Sequence record: SRR31156797_3828
DNA length: 53,431 nt
Reading direction: 5' to 3' (one strand)
Part shown: one piece after another, positions 1 through 9,873 of the stretch
Numbering within the stretch: position 1 is the stretch's first letter
How the letters are laid out: each line of letters starts with the position of its first letter
Position numbers and translations under genes: made by a program
The notes under the pieces: model-generated
The model's input: the letters and a program-made list of their open reading frames with translations, nothing else
Told to the model about the DNA's origin: nothing
Database searches by the model: none

Positions 1-1503
1 GGTCTGGTTGCCCATGGAAATCATATAGGCAGGGTGCAGTTCAGGACACTGGTGACTACGGTGCAGCATGAAGGCGCCGCTCTGACTGATAAGGGCGGCT
101 CGCTGTACCTTTGTTGCAGTATGGAGGGGCAGTTTTTCCCTGGGAATAAACCAGGTATCATAGACTCCTGGACGAGAGATGACTCCCATACAGTTGGCCC
201 CAAGAAACACCGGCCCGCCATCAGCTGCGACGTGAGCCTGGTTAATCAGTTTAATCACACCTTCTGCACGGTCGCGACTGGCAGCTGTCTCCCCAAGGCC
301 GCCGGCAATAAGCATGACACTGTTGGCGCAACCAAGGGCAATCACCCTCTCAATGATCTCGGGTAACTGCTCAGCACCCACAGCGACAATAAGCAAGTCA
401 ACCGGTTCCTGCAGCCTGTCCAAATCAGCGATGCTGCTCACCCCTTCTATTTGTTGCTCCCCAGGCCGGATAACAAGCAGATTCTCCCTGGGATATCCTT
501 CCCCTATGATATTTTCAAGAATGATTCGACCAAAATTTTTGCGAGTTGCACTTACACCGACAATAGCAATTGACTTGGGATGCAGCAGGTTGTCTATCCT
601 ATTAACGGGTCTTGGCTGCACCCTTGGTTGCTGGGGCGCAAAACGACACATTCCGTCCAGAGGCACCATCAGGTAATCGGTAAAAGCAAAAGGGTTTATT
701 TCCAGTTCCTCTATGGTAAAGGGGGATTGTGGATTGTCTGGAGAATAATAGTTGGCGATTTCAATAAAGGACGCAAAACATTCTATCAACTGTTCATCGG
801 TTACCACCCGCCTCTGGCCTCGTGTCAGGCCTGCAAGTTTTTTATAGGCAATGGTGGTACGAAATATCTCGAAAAAACCATGACCATCGGTCAGTGATGT
901 GGACGAGGCAACAATGGCCTGCCCTTTTCTGAAGCGTTCGGCATACAACTCGGTATCTGTGCCGCCAAGTCCAGCACTGATCACCATCCCAAACTCACGG
1001 GTGTGACGCAGCCCAACGATCAGTTCGTTACCAAATGTACTGGAGTCGGGAGGCATAAACTGTACCTGCAAAACACCAGAGAGATCCTTTCGGATGGCAG
1101 CCTCCAGAGCCTCCCCTCGCAAATTCCTATAGGCAGCCGGCGCTGCTTCCCGGTGCCTTTCAAGCCAGAGGCTGTACTGCTCCGGCACTTCGTACAGCAT
1201 CCGCCGCATACCTGACCGAATACGGTCGGCATGGTTCGCAACAATCCTGACCCCACCTACCTCGGTTTTGTGGATGATTGTTGGAGAGACGATCTTTAAC
1301 ACCACCCGATCACCGGGCAGTGATGTCAATGATTGCTCAGACAACTTTGAACCGCGAGGAATAAACATTGATTTGGGGGGTGTTTCCGCCCCCGAAAGGC
1401 CAAGCAGGGAATACACTTCATATTCATAGAGAAAATCTCTGCCATCGTTCACGGCAGTTTCCATTATCTGTGTTATCCCGTTAAAATCAATCGACAAGCT
1501 CAT
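1..1503 (-). CDS. ADP-forming acetate/acyl-CoA ligase family protein, ATP-grasp domain first then CoA-binding domain (runs off window start)
   Basis: Absent from the ORF track. Translated by hand from ATG at 1503 (GGAG RBS upstream): MSLSIDFNGITQIM...LKIVSPTIIHKTEVGGV (ATP-grasp motif)...ELIVGLRHTREFG..., later IAIVGVSATRKNFGRIILENI (CoA-binding fold). Confidence 0.85.
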   Translation of the reverse strand, partial: MSLSIDFNGITQIMETAVNDGRDFLYEYEVYSLLGLSGAETPPKSMFIPRGSKLSEQSLTSLPGDRVVLKIVSPTIIHKTEVGGVRIVANHADRIRSGMRRMLYEVPEQYSLWLERHREAAPAAYRNLRGEALEAAIRKDLSGVLQVQFMPPDSSTFGNELIVGLRHTREFGMVISAGLGGTDTELYAERFRKGQAIVASSTSLTDGHGFFEIFRTTIAYKKLAGLTRGQRRVVTDEQLIECFASFIEIANYYSPDNPQSPFTIEELEINPFAFTDYLMVPLDGMCRFAPQQPRVQPRPVNRIDNLLHPKSIAIVGVSATRKNFGRIILENIIGEGYPRENLLVIRPGEQQIEGVSSIADLDRLQEPVDLLIVAVGAEQLPEIIERVIALGCANSVMLIAGGLGETAASRDRAEGVIKLINQAHVAADGGPVFLGANCMGVISRPGVYDTWFIPREKLPLHTATKVQRAALISQSGAFMLHRSHQCPELHPAYMISMGNQT

Positions 1504-1645
1504 GTACGTCTCCAACTCTCATATAAAATGAGCATCTCACTTTAAAAAAGAACAATTCTGCAAATAACAAAAAACTCACTTTACCCGCGATCTGTAATTG
1601 TTCGGCAGTGCTCCACGGATACGCCATGGGCATGTGGCTGAACTA

Positions 1646-2470
1646 TTATGGACAGAGGGCTATGGCCTCGGCAGCTAATTGAATATGGTTCTTTTCTGAC
1701 TGGGCAATTTCCAGAAAAACCGCTGCCAGGGCATTACCACTGAAGTGGTGGGCAAGGCTACGGTACATATCATAGGCCAGACATTCAATCTGCAGCGCCA
1801 TTTCCATGGCAGTCAGGCAAGGGTGTTCCATATTTGCTTCAAAAAAGCGTAATAAGACCTCTATTTCCTGATTTCCCTCTACAATATCGCCGGCGAGTTG
1901 ACTGTAGAGCTCTTCAAAAGGCGCAATCCCCTCTTCTAAAGCACCCCAGTGGTTATACAACATTCGTGCATGCCCCTCCTCAGCACGAGCCAGGGTTTCC
2001 AGCGGTTTTTTAAGCCTCTCCTCTGTAATATGGCCAAGCAGAGACCTGTAAAAACGCTCTGCACCGCGCTCCAGCTCCAAAGCCTGATGAAAGACCTGGC
2101 CGATACTTCCGGCTCTAGGAAATTTTTTCAGATCAGGAACCCCGGAAAGCACCATACCATTCCATGCCAGTATCCCGCCAACCATATTATAAAGGTCATC
2201 TTTGGGATGACTGCGACTGGCACCTACCAGCGTTGCTGCTGCCTGAGAACGTTTCCCGGAATGACAATAAAAAACAAGCGGCCTGTCCACAGGTAACTCT
2301 GCTTTTCTCTGGTCTAGTTCCGCCAACGGAATTAAGGTTGCGCCTGGAATATGTCTGTTTTGATATTCATTTACCTGCCGCACATCGACCAAAACATAAC
2401 TATCCTCATGCCGCGAGCTTATCATCTCCCTTACCTGCTCAACAGAGATGTTCTGGTACTCTGCTTCCAT
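1646..2470 (-). CDS. Rhodanese domain + ferritin-like/rubrerythrin domain fusion protein
   Basis: N-terminal DVRQ..EY..RHIPGA and active-site loop YCHSGKRS; C-terminal diiron-type motifs ALELERGAERFY, EEGHAR and SEKNH. Confidence 0.85.
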   Translation of the reverse strand: MEAEYQNISVEQVREMISSRHEDSYVLVDVRQVNEYQNRHIPGATLIPLAELDQRKAELPVDRPLVFYCHSGKRSQAAATLVGASRSHPKDDLYNMVGGILAWNGMVLSGVPDLKKFPRAGSIGQVFHQALELERGAERFYRSLLGHITEERLKKPLETLARAEEGHARMLYNHWGALEEGIAPFEELYSQLAGDIVEGNQEIEVLLRFFEANMEHPCLTAMEMALQIECLAYDMYRSLAHHFSGNALAAVFLEIAQSEKNHIQLAAEAIALCP

Positions 2471-2554
2471 ATTTTCTCCATCGCTTCATGCGTCTTAAGT
2501 ATCCGGCAGTTGATGGCAAACAGTCATATGTCACTCGACAATCACCGCACATCG

Positions 2555-2572
2555 TTCGACATTTTTGTCGAA
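2555..2572. promoter_or_regulatory. Candidate upstream activator sequence for a sigma54 enhancer-binding protein
   Basis: Perfect palindrome TTCGACA-N4-TGTCGAA about 85 bp upstream of a -24/-12 promoter; an extra TCGACA half-site lies near 2535. Confidence 0.6.
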
Positions 2573-2654
2573 AAGAAACCCCTTATCAAACAATAATCGT
2601 TGCTCATCCTTTCTATCTCTCCAAAACCATTATACAATAACAAATTAAATGAAT

Positions 2655-2670
2655 TGGTGCGAATCATGCT
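2655..2670 (+). promoter_or_regulatory. Sigma54 (-24/-12) promoter
   Basis: TGGTGCGAATCATGCT fits GG-N10-GC; it precedes an operon ending in an NtrC-family regulator. Confidence 0.7.
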
Positions 2671-2717
2671 TAGCATAGTCAACTATATACCTTCCAACAT
2701 ACCAAGGAGAAACATTT

Positions 2718-3557
2718 ATGAGTATGCGTAGAATAACAGCACTGACAATGCTGCTGTCCTTTATCCTGCTGACCCTCACCAGTATCATTTTATATATTGT
2801 CCCAGAAGGGCGGGTCGCATACTGGTCTGACTGGACAATGATGGGACTGAGTAAGCCGCAGTGGGGTGACGTTCATATCAATCTCGGTTTCCTTTTTCTC
2901 GCTGCAGCCCTCCTGCATATGTTTTACAACTGGAAACCCATGACAGCATATATGAAAAACAGGGCAAAGGAGCTGAAAGTTTTTACCCCCAACTTTAACG
3001 TCGCTCTGCTGGTTACGCTGGTCTTCACCATCGGCACCCTGGCTAATATACCACCCTTCAGTTCGATCCTCGAATTTGGCACATCTTTCAAGGATGATGC
3101 AGCAGACAAATACGGGGAACCACCTTATGGCCATGCGGAACTCTCCTCGTTAACGATGTTTGCCAAGCGCACCGGCCTTGATCTTGAAGAAATGAAAAAG
3201 CAACTCACAGCTGCAAACATTACCTTTACAGGGGATAAGCAGACTCTACTTGAGATAGCCACGGCTAATAACACCACGCCTAAGGTCATCTATGAACACA
3301 TGAAGAAGCCTCAGCCCCAATTACAGGCAGGCGAAACACCCGCATTTCCGGACGAACCGTTCCCTGGCCTGGGCAGAAAAGTACTGAAAGAACTTTGCGA
3401 AACATATGGTCTTGATCTTAACGCAGTCATTAGTGCCTTCACTGCCAAGGGAATATCAGCAGATCCCGAAAAATCGCTCAAGCAAATTGCCAATGAAAAC
3501 GATTCTGACCCCCATGCTCTCTTTGAAGTCATCCATGAAGTCGCTATTGCAAAATAG
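2718..3557 (+). CDS. DUF4405-type membrane protein with soluble C-terminal domain
   Basis: TM helices carrying His residues (W..VHINLGFLF..ALLHMFYNW); PPYGHAE motif; AAGGAG RBS. Confidence 0.75.
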   Translation: MSMRRITALTMLLSFILLTLTSIILYIVPEGRVAYWSDWTMMGLSKPQWGDVHINLGFLFLAAALLHMFYNWKPMTAYMKNRAKELKVFTPNFNVALLVTLVFTIGTLANIPPFSSILEFGTSFKDDAADKYGEPPYGHAELSSLTMFAKRTGLDLEEMKKQLTAANITFTGDKQTLLEIATANNTTPKVIYEHMKKPQPQLQAGETPAFPDEPFPGLGRKVLKELCETYGLDLNAVISAFTAKGISADPEKSLKQIANENDSDPHALFEVIHEVAIAK

Positions 3558-3957
3558 TCCTTTAATACCCCTTTTAGCTGCAGCATTATTACTCTCCCCT
3601 TCTCAGGCTCATACAGAGACCTTCAGGGGAGTGATAATAGATGTGGACAGGGAACAGGGGAGAATGTGGGTCACTCCGAAACAGAGTAAAGAGGAACTCC
3701 GCTCACCTGTTCTTGTCCAATACCCAACTGAGGATCCCTCATGTGATCAATGCAAAAAGGGGCACCCCCAAAAGATCTGCAAAGGAAAACCAATTACTAT
3801 AACAGGTAGTTTTTCTGGCAAACAGCCTGAACTCTTTATAGCGACTGCTGTTTTTCCGGCCAGTAAAGCCCACTTCAAAGATGGAACCGGAGTTCGCTTA
3901 CGTCTTGGCCGGTGTCGCCGATCAGGGAAAGGCCATGGCGACCAACCTTCTTTCTAA
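3535..3957 (+). CDS. Small exported hypothetical protein
   Basis: ATG at 3535 gives a signal peptide (MKSLLQNSPLIPLLAAALLLSPSQAH); fills the gap between the DUF4405 gene and the kinase. Confidence 0.55.
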   Translation: MKSLLQNSPLIPLLAAALLLSPSQAHTETFRGVIIDVDREQGRMWVTPKQSKEELRSPVLVQYPTEDPSCDQCKKGHPQKICKGKPITITGSFSGKQPELFIATAVFPASKAHFKDGTGVRLRLGRCRRSGKGHGDQPSF

Positions 3958-3969
3958 CAAAGATACGAC

Positions 3970-5556
3970 ATGGATTTGCCAGTTACGAGCCAACATAAAA
4001 AGTTTAGATACCCATCCTGGTTAGTCAATGTCATTGGCTTTTCTCTTCTTATAGCCATAGTGCTGGCACTGTTTATATGGCAGCAAAAAAATATCAGAAA
4101 TACGCTCCAAAAAAATGCAGGGAACAGGGCCAGGATGGTAGGTACCCTTATCGAAGAGAATATGGCAAACAGTGTGCTCACACAGGCCACTATCGATCAA
4201 ATTGTCAGTTCCTTTTTGCTCGATAAGGCCAAGTTCATAGACTACTTAAACAATATTGCTCCACTCTCACCAGACGAATTGGCAGAACTGGCCAAAGAAA
4301 CAGGTCTTCTGCAAATAACCGTGTCTACTGATGGCGCTCCGGTGCAATCCTCCGTGAAAGAGGAGATACTCATAGCACTTGGTATGCCACCGTTTAACAA
4401 GGTTCAGTATGGGCATGAGCAACAGATTGGCTATCTCAATTATTCAAGGACGCATTCAGCTGCAGATTCCATCAACATCAGCCTTGACGCCTCTAGTATC
4501 TTTTCCCTTCGTGAAAAAACAAGCCTCTCGAACATGCTGCATGTCTTTTCCAATCTTCCCGGAATCCATTCGGTAACACTCAACACAGATGAGACTGCCA
4601 ACCTTAAGCAAACTTCCATCACTCTGCATAAGGTCAATGACGTGATGGTTGCCGAAGCCAGGCAAAGTACCCAATGGGGACAGCTCACGGTTACCCTTGA
4701 TGCTACGAATTTTGAGATCCGGCAACAGCAGCTCCGTAAGCAGTTTATTCTGTTCACTACCCTGCTCATACTTCTGGGCACACTCTTTTCCTGGCTCCTC
4801 TACCAATACCAGCAGGCAGACATCCGCCGAACACGCTCTTATGAACAAATGATTGCCAAGGAACAGGAGGCAGCGGCATTAGGCAGAGCAACGGCAACTA
4901 TTGCCCATGAGGTGCGCAATCCGCTTAATGCAATTGGCATGGGTCTGCAGCGACTGCAACTGGAATCAAAAAACCTGGAAGATGAAGAACAGCAACTCAT
5001 ACAGGCTATGGGCCAAGCTGTGCACAGAGCAAGCGCTATCATCTCAGAACTGCAACGTTTTACTAGACCATTAGTTCCTGAAAAAACAATTATTGACCCT
5101 ACACAGCTTGTTGACCAACTCCTGCAACTTTATCGGCAACAGTTAAAGTCACAACGAATTACTCTTTCAACAGAGTACAGCTACTCAGGTAGGATTGAGG
5201 GCGACAGCAACCTGCTCAATGAATGCTTTGAAAATCTCATCAAGAACAGCATGGAAGCACAACCCGACGGCGGCTCCATAAAGATACGTTTATTTCAAAA
5301 AAGGGCTATGGTAGGTATTGCCATAATAAGTAAGGGGTTTAATCTCCCTCAAAATCAGTGGTCTCGATTGGGGGCACCTTATTTCACCACCAAGGCTAAC
5401 GGCAATGGACTTGGCCTTGCCCTGGTAAAAAAAATTATAGAGGCTCATGATGGAAAGCTTTCTCTGCTCCCAGATGCAGCACTGCAGCAATTAACAGTAC
5501 AGATCTTTTTACCTGAAGGTCGACCTCAAAAAATCAAAACAACTGATATCGTTTAG
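3970..5556 (+). CDS. Membrane sensor histidine kinase
   Basis: Two TM helices; H-box AHEVRNPL, N-box ENLIKNS, G-box PYFTTK..GNGLGL. Confidence 0.93.
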   Translation: MDLPVTSQHKKFRYPSWLVNVIGFSLLIAIVLALFIWQQKNIRNTLQKNAGNRARMVGTLIEENMANSVLTQATIDQIVSSFLLDKAKFIDYLNNIAPLSPDELAELAKETGLLQITVSTDGAPVQSSVKEEILIALGMPPFNKVQYGHEQQIGYLNYSRTHSAADSINISLDASSIFSLREKTSLSNMLHVFSNLPGIHSVTLNTDETANLKQTSITLHKVNDVMVAEARQSTQWGQLTVTLDATNFEIRQQQLRKQFILFTTLLILLGTLFSWLLYQYQQADIRRTRSYEQMIAKEQEAAALGRATATIAHEVRNPLNAIGMGLQRLQLESKNLEDEEQQLIQAMGQAVHRASAIISELQRFTRPLVPEKTIIDPTQLVDQLLQLYRQQLKSQRITLSTEYSYSGRIEGDSNLLNECFENLIKNSMEAQPDGGSIKIRLFQKRAMVGIAIISKGFNLPQNQWSRLGAPYFTTKANGNGLGLALVKKIIEAHDGKLSLLPDAALQQLTVQIFLPEGRPQKIKTTDIV

Positions 5557-5620
5557 TACTGGTACTGTCCGTAAACACGTTGGACAACTCCTTAATCAGG
5601 ATTACAACCCAATAAAAGCT

Positions 5621-6961
5621 ATGCATATCCTTATCGTTGATGACGAAGAACTGCAGCGTTCACTGATGGAAGGCTTTTTAAAAAAACAGGGATTCCAGGT
5701 CATCGGTGCAGCCAGCGGAGCCGAGGCTCTGGAAAAGTTTCTCCACTTCCCTGTGGATCTTGTTCTGCTGGACCATCGCATGCCCGACATGAATGGTGAT
5801 GAACTCCTTGCTCGGATAAAGACACAGAACCCACTGATCAGGGCGATCATGATCACCGCCTATGCAACCGTCGACACCGCGGTCAAGGTTATGCAGCTCG
5901 GTGCCGACGATTTCCTGGAAAAGCCGGTTGATCTCACGCTGCTGCTCAACAAAATAGAGGGAATACAGGAGCAACTCTTTATCAGCAGTGATGTAGCAGT
6001 TATTGCGGACGCGATCCATACAGATCACCTGCCGGTCCGGATGATTGCAGAAAGCAGTGCAATGAAAAATGTCCTCTCAATGGTGCTGCGAGCTGCTCCT
6101 ACCCCGTGGACAGTTTTGCTCCATGGTGAGACAGGCACGGGCAAGGAACTGGTAGCACGTCTGGTCCATCAGCTCAGCTCCCACAAAAACGGACCTTTTA
6201 TAGAACTCAACTGTGCAGCTATCCCCGATAATCTTTTTGAATCCGAGCTTTTCGGTCATGAAAAAGGCGCTTTTACGGGGGCAGAGACAAGGAGAAAAGG
6301 GGTTTTTGAACAAGCCCATACCGGAACCCTCTTTTTGGATGAAGCTGGTGAACTTCCACTCCCCATGCAGGCAAAATTGCTCAGGGCGCTACAGGACAAA
6401 ACAATCACAAGGGTAGGAGGTGAGACAACACTTCCGATAGATGTACGCATTGTGGCCGCAACTAACCGCAACTTGAGGGATATGGTGGCCCAGGGAAGCT
6501 TTCGCGAAGATCTTTACTTTCGTCTCAATGTTATCGAAATTGAAATTCCTCCATTACGAGAACGCAAAAAAGATATCCAGGAGCTGGTGCCATTTTTTCT
6601 GGATAAATTTAACAGCACCATCACCTTCGACGATCAAGCACTCAGCCAGCTGACCAAATACGATTATCCTGGAAATATAAGGGAACTTGAACATATCATT
6701 CAAAGAACCATTACCCTGACCCGTGCCCAGGTCATTTCGCTGCGCGACCTGCCTGATGCAGTCAGGCGTAACAGTGAACATGAAAACAGCGGGAAGCTGA
6801 ACCAGCGACTGGCTCAAATAGAACGGCAGATGATACGTGATGCTCTGGACAAACACGATTGGGTCCAAACCAAGGCAGCCCAATCGCTGGGCATCAGTGA
6901 ACGAGTTTTGCGCTATAAAATGGAAAAAAGTGGTATCGGAAAGAAATCAGGCAAAGGGTAA
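5621..6961 (+). CDS. Sigma54-dependent response regulator (NtrC/ZraR family)
   Basis: Receiver domain, Walker A GETGTGKE, GAFTGA motif, Fis-type HTH. Confidence 0.95.
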   Translation: MHILIVDDEELQRSLMEGFLKKQGFQVIGAASGAEALEKFLHFPVDLVLLDHRMPDMNGDELLARIKTQNPLIRAIMITAYATVDTAVKVMQLGADDFLEKPVDLTLLLNKIEGIQEQLFISSDVAVIADAIHTDHLPVRMIAESSAMKNVLSMVLRAAPTPWTVLLHGETGTGKELVARLVHQLSSHKNGPFIELNCAAIPDNLFESELFGHEKGAFTGAETRRKGVFEQAHTGTLFLDEAGELPLPMQAKLLRALQDKTITRVGGETTLPIDVRIVAATNRNLRDMVAQGSFREDLYFRLNVIEIEIPPLRERKKDIQELVPFFLDKFNSTITFDDQALSQLTKYDYPGNIRELEHIIQRTITLTRAQVISLRDLPDAVRRNSEHENSGKLNQRLAQIERQMIRDALDKHDWVQTKAAQSLGISERVLRYKMEKSGIGKKSGKG

Positions 6962-8011
6962 TTATATCTCAGTAGGTTCATTCTTCATACTGCCACGCCA
7001 TGCTACCCTGCCACGAGGATACGAGAACTGAATCAGGTCGCGAAGAATCGTAACCCGCAGTCCTTTGCTCAAATGAAACTCGGTTCCAGAACGTCCCTGG
7101 CTGACCGCCCTGGTTATAGCCAAAATATGTTCATAACGTGCAGGGGTGCCTATGTTCCAAAGAATACGCTCAAACAGTCGACGCTGCAAAGCAGGATGAT
7201 ACCGCTTTACCAGTTGTCGATTGACGCTTAACCCTAAGCTGTCCAAACTGCTGGAGGCGCCCTGCGAAACCTCGACCCTATCCCACATCTGTTGGACCTG
7301 CTCTTCCAGCAAGTCCTCATCTTCAGCAAGATTGGCAGCGCTCTTTAAAAGAGCCTTACGTATACCTGGATCATATTTTTGTTCGAGCAGCGGCAACAGT
7401 TCATGACGAATGCGATTACGTAGAAAAAAATAATCATCATTACTGGAATCATGACAAAATGGAATCTGTTTGTCTGCAATATATTTGAGGATTGCCTGCT
7501 TGCTCAATTGCAGCAGAGGGCGAAGGATACAGTTCTCGCACTGCTGCATGCCTGAAAGAGCCTTGCGACTACTGCCTCGAAGCAGCCGAAGCAACACCTC
7601 CTCCACCTGATCATCAGCATTGTGGCCCACTGCAATATAGGCAGCCTGATAGTGATTTTTCATTCGGTGTAGGGCAGCATAGCGTAAATCCCTGGCAGCA
7701 TGTTCCAGCGATTTTTTATTACACTTTGCCTCCCTTTCAGCAGCAACTTCGACAATCTCCCAATTCAGTCCCAGTTTGATAGCTGTCTGCTCAACAAGCA
7801 AACGCTCTCCAGGAGTCTCTTTAGGCCTAAGGCCATGATCAACATAGACAGGAATTAACGTGAGCTGAAATTTTATAGAAAGCGCATGGAGGATATGAAG
7901 TAAAGCTATGGAGTCAGGTCCGCCAGAGCAACCAATAACAATGGTGCTACCCTGCTTCCCCAAGGGTGAGGTGTTTATCCATTTATAGATGGTACGTTCA
8001 ACCGGATGCAT
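6962..8011 (-). CDS. tilS: tRNA(Ile)-lysidine synthetase
   Basis: PP-loop SGGPDS, VDHGLR, ARDLRY, GHNADDQVE, RPLL, DSSN..RNRIR. Confidence 0.93.
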   Translation of the reverse strand: MHPVERTIYKWINTSPLGKQGSTIVIGCSGGPDSIALLHILHALSIKFQLTLIPVYVDHGLRPKETPGERLLVEQTAIKLGLNWEIVEVAAEREAKCNKKSLEHAARDLRYAALHRMKNHYQAAYIAVGHNADDQVEEVLLRLLRGSSRKALSGMQQCENCILRPLLQLSKQAILKYIADKQIPFCHDSSNDDYFFLRNRIRHELLPLLEQKYDPGIRKALLKSAANLAEDEDLLEEQVQQMWDRVEVSQGASSSLDSLGLSVNRQLVKRYHPALQRRLFERILWNIGTPARYEHILAITRAVSQGRSGTEFHLSKGLRVTILRDLIQFSYPRGRVAWRGSMKNEPTEI

Positions 8012-8122
8012 GGGATTAAAGCAGTGGCAAGAAGAAAGAACAACGGCGAAAAGCTCTCACCCAAAAGACAAAGATGCCCCACTGTTAACAATCCACAGCC
8101 GGAACAGGTGAGACGAAAAGTA

Positions 8123-8353
8123 TCAGGAATTGTTTACCTTGCTTTTTTTATTGGGCAGGAAGAAAAAAGAGACTGCCCCAAACACGGCAATCAACAAAAT
8201 GACGCCTGCAACCAATCCATCAAGGGTACGTTCAAGGGGGGAGGCAACTCCCGCTGCAACTCGCAGATTGATGATCAACCACACCAGAACAACCAAGCCG
8301 CCAGCGACAAGTTGAACTCTATTTTTTAATCTATTTGCCTTCTCTGTCATCAT
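8123..8353 (-). CDS. Small two-TM hypothetical membrane protein
   Basis: Two hydrophobic stretches with basic flanks; same strand as tilS and pnt; ATG at 8353 preferred to TTG at 8368. Confidence 0.5.
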   Translation of the reverse strand: MMTEKANRLKNRVQLVAGGLVVLVWLIINLRVAAGVASPLERTLDGLVAGVILLIAVFGAVSFFFLPNKKSKVNNS

Positions 8354-8375
8354 TCTATTCCAAACCAAGTTTCTT

Positions 8376-8419
8376 AAAAAAAAATTACCCGGCAGAGCAG
8401 AAAATCTCTGCCGGGTAAT
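8376..8419 (-). terminator. Rho-independent terminator of the pnt operon
   Basis: 14-bp stem ATTACCCGGCAGAG/CTCTGCCGGGTAAT followed on the minus strand by a T run. Confidence 0.8.
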
Positions 8420-8484
8420 AGAAGAAATAACCTTTAATCGTACCTACTCAACCAAGTGAATAAAGCCCTTAAACATCAGGGAAT

Positions 8485-9873
8485 CTAACTTTTAAATTCT
8501 GCTACAAGAGCCTGAATTGATTCCTTAGCATCCCCAAAGTACATACGTGTATTATCGCCAAAAAACAGGGCGTTTTGAATACCGGCAAAGCCAGGGTTCA
8601 TGGAACGTTTGAGCACAATGACAGTCTTGGCGCGGTGGGTCTCAATGATTGGCATCCCATAGATAGGGCTGTTTTCATCATCAAGTGCGGCAGGGTTGAC
8701 CACGTCATTGGCCCCGATAACTACGCAGACATCAACGGTATCTATACGCGGATTAATATCATCCATCTCAACCAACTGATCATACGGTACATTTGCTTCA
8801 GCAAGGAGCACGTTCATGTGGCCGGGCATTCGTCCGGCAACGGGATGGATAGCATAGGATACTTCGGTATCATTTTCTTCAAGCAAATCGCCCAACTCAC
8901 GTACAACGTGCTGGGCCTGAGCAACAGCAAGGCCATACCCAGGAACAAATGCAACAGAATCTGCAGCTTCGAGAATGTAATACACATCTTCAGCTGAAGC
9001 TGGCTTAATTTCTCCTTGGGGACCACCATCACCAGTACCGCTAGAGGCTGTGGTTGTCCCAAATCCGGAGAAGAGGACATTCGCCAGAGAACGATTCATA
9101 GCCTTGCACATAATCTTGGTAAGGATAATACCACTGGCACCAACCAACGCACCCGCAACAATAAGAATATTGTTGGAGATAACGAATCCAGCTGCACAGG
9201 CAGCAAGACCGGAATAACTGTTGAGCAAGGAAATAACCACCGGCATGTCAGCACCGCCAATGGGAATAACCGAGGTTACGCCAAAGCCAAGGGCGATCAG
9301 TATAATGACCATAAAAAACAGGTAGCCGACCCATGATCCAGGTACAGCACAAAAAATAGCTGCCGAGCCCAAAGCACCAGTCAGAATCGCACCATTTATG
9401 ATATGCTGGCCTTTAAAGACAACCGCCTGCTGTGAAATTTTGCCGCTTAATTTACCAAAGGCAACCATGGAACCGGTAAAAGTGACGCCACCAATAAATG
9501 CTGACACAAAGGCAATCGCAGCCAGAAAAACAGACATTTGTGGGTGCTGATGATATTCACCCCAAGCCAGGATCAAACTTGATATCCCTCCAAAACCGTT
9601 AAACAGGGCCACCATTTCCGGCATGGAAGTCATTTCCACCTTGTAAGCAGCAAACAGACCGATGGAGCCACCGACAGCAACCCCAAGGATAATCCATTTG
9701 TAATCTAACCCGCTGGCCAGCAAGGTAACGACGATCGCCAGCAGCATGCCAAGTGCAGAAATAAGATTCCCCTTACGGGCAGTTTCGGGCGAACTGAGCA
9801 TTTTTAAACCAAAAATAAACATCGCCGCTGAGACTACGTAAGCAAAGTTAATACCTAGCGCCCCCAAGTTCAT
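8485..9873 (-). CDS. pntB: NAD(P) transhydrogenase beta subunit
   Basis: MPEMVALFNGFGG, IGGADMPVVISLLNSYSG, PGYGLAVAQAQ, HPVAGRMPGHMNVLLAEA. Confidence 0.97.
   Translation of the reverse strand: MNLGALGINFAYVVSAAMFIFGLKMLSSPETARKGNLISALGMLLAIVVTLLASGLDYKWIILGVAVGGSIGLFAAYKVEMTSMPEMVALFNGFGGISSLILAWGEYHQHPQMSVFLAAIAFVSAFIGGVTFTGSMVAFGKLSGKISQQAVVFKGQHIINGAILTGALGSAAIFCAVPGSWVGYLFFMVIILIALGFGVTSVIPIGGADMPVVISLLNSYSGLAACAAGFVISNNILIVAGALVGASGIILTKIMCKAMNRSLANVLFSGFGTTTASSGTGDGGPQGEIKPASAEDVYYILEAADSVAFVPGYGLAVAQAQHVVRELGDLLEENDTEVSYAIHPVAGRMPGHMNVLLAEANVPYDQLVEMDDINPRIDTVDVCVVIGANDVVNPAALDDENSPIYGMPIIETHRAKTVIVLKRSMNPGFAGIQNALFFGDNTRMYFGDAKESIQALVAEFKS

Noticed and set aside
21-1256. Short ORF-track entries at the window start
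   Set aside because: They are shadows of the minus-strand acyl-CoA ligase (1-1503).
3739-3766. CDQCKKGH as a heme c motif
   Set aside because: Not CxxCH; the His is four residues after the second Cys.
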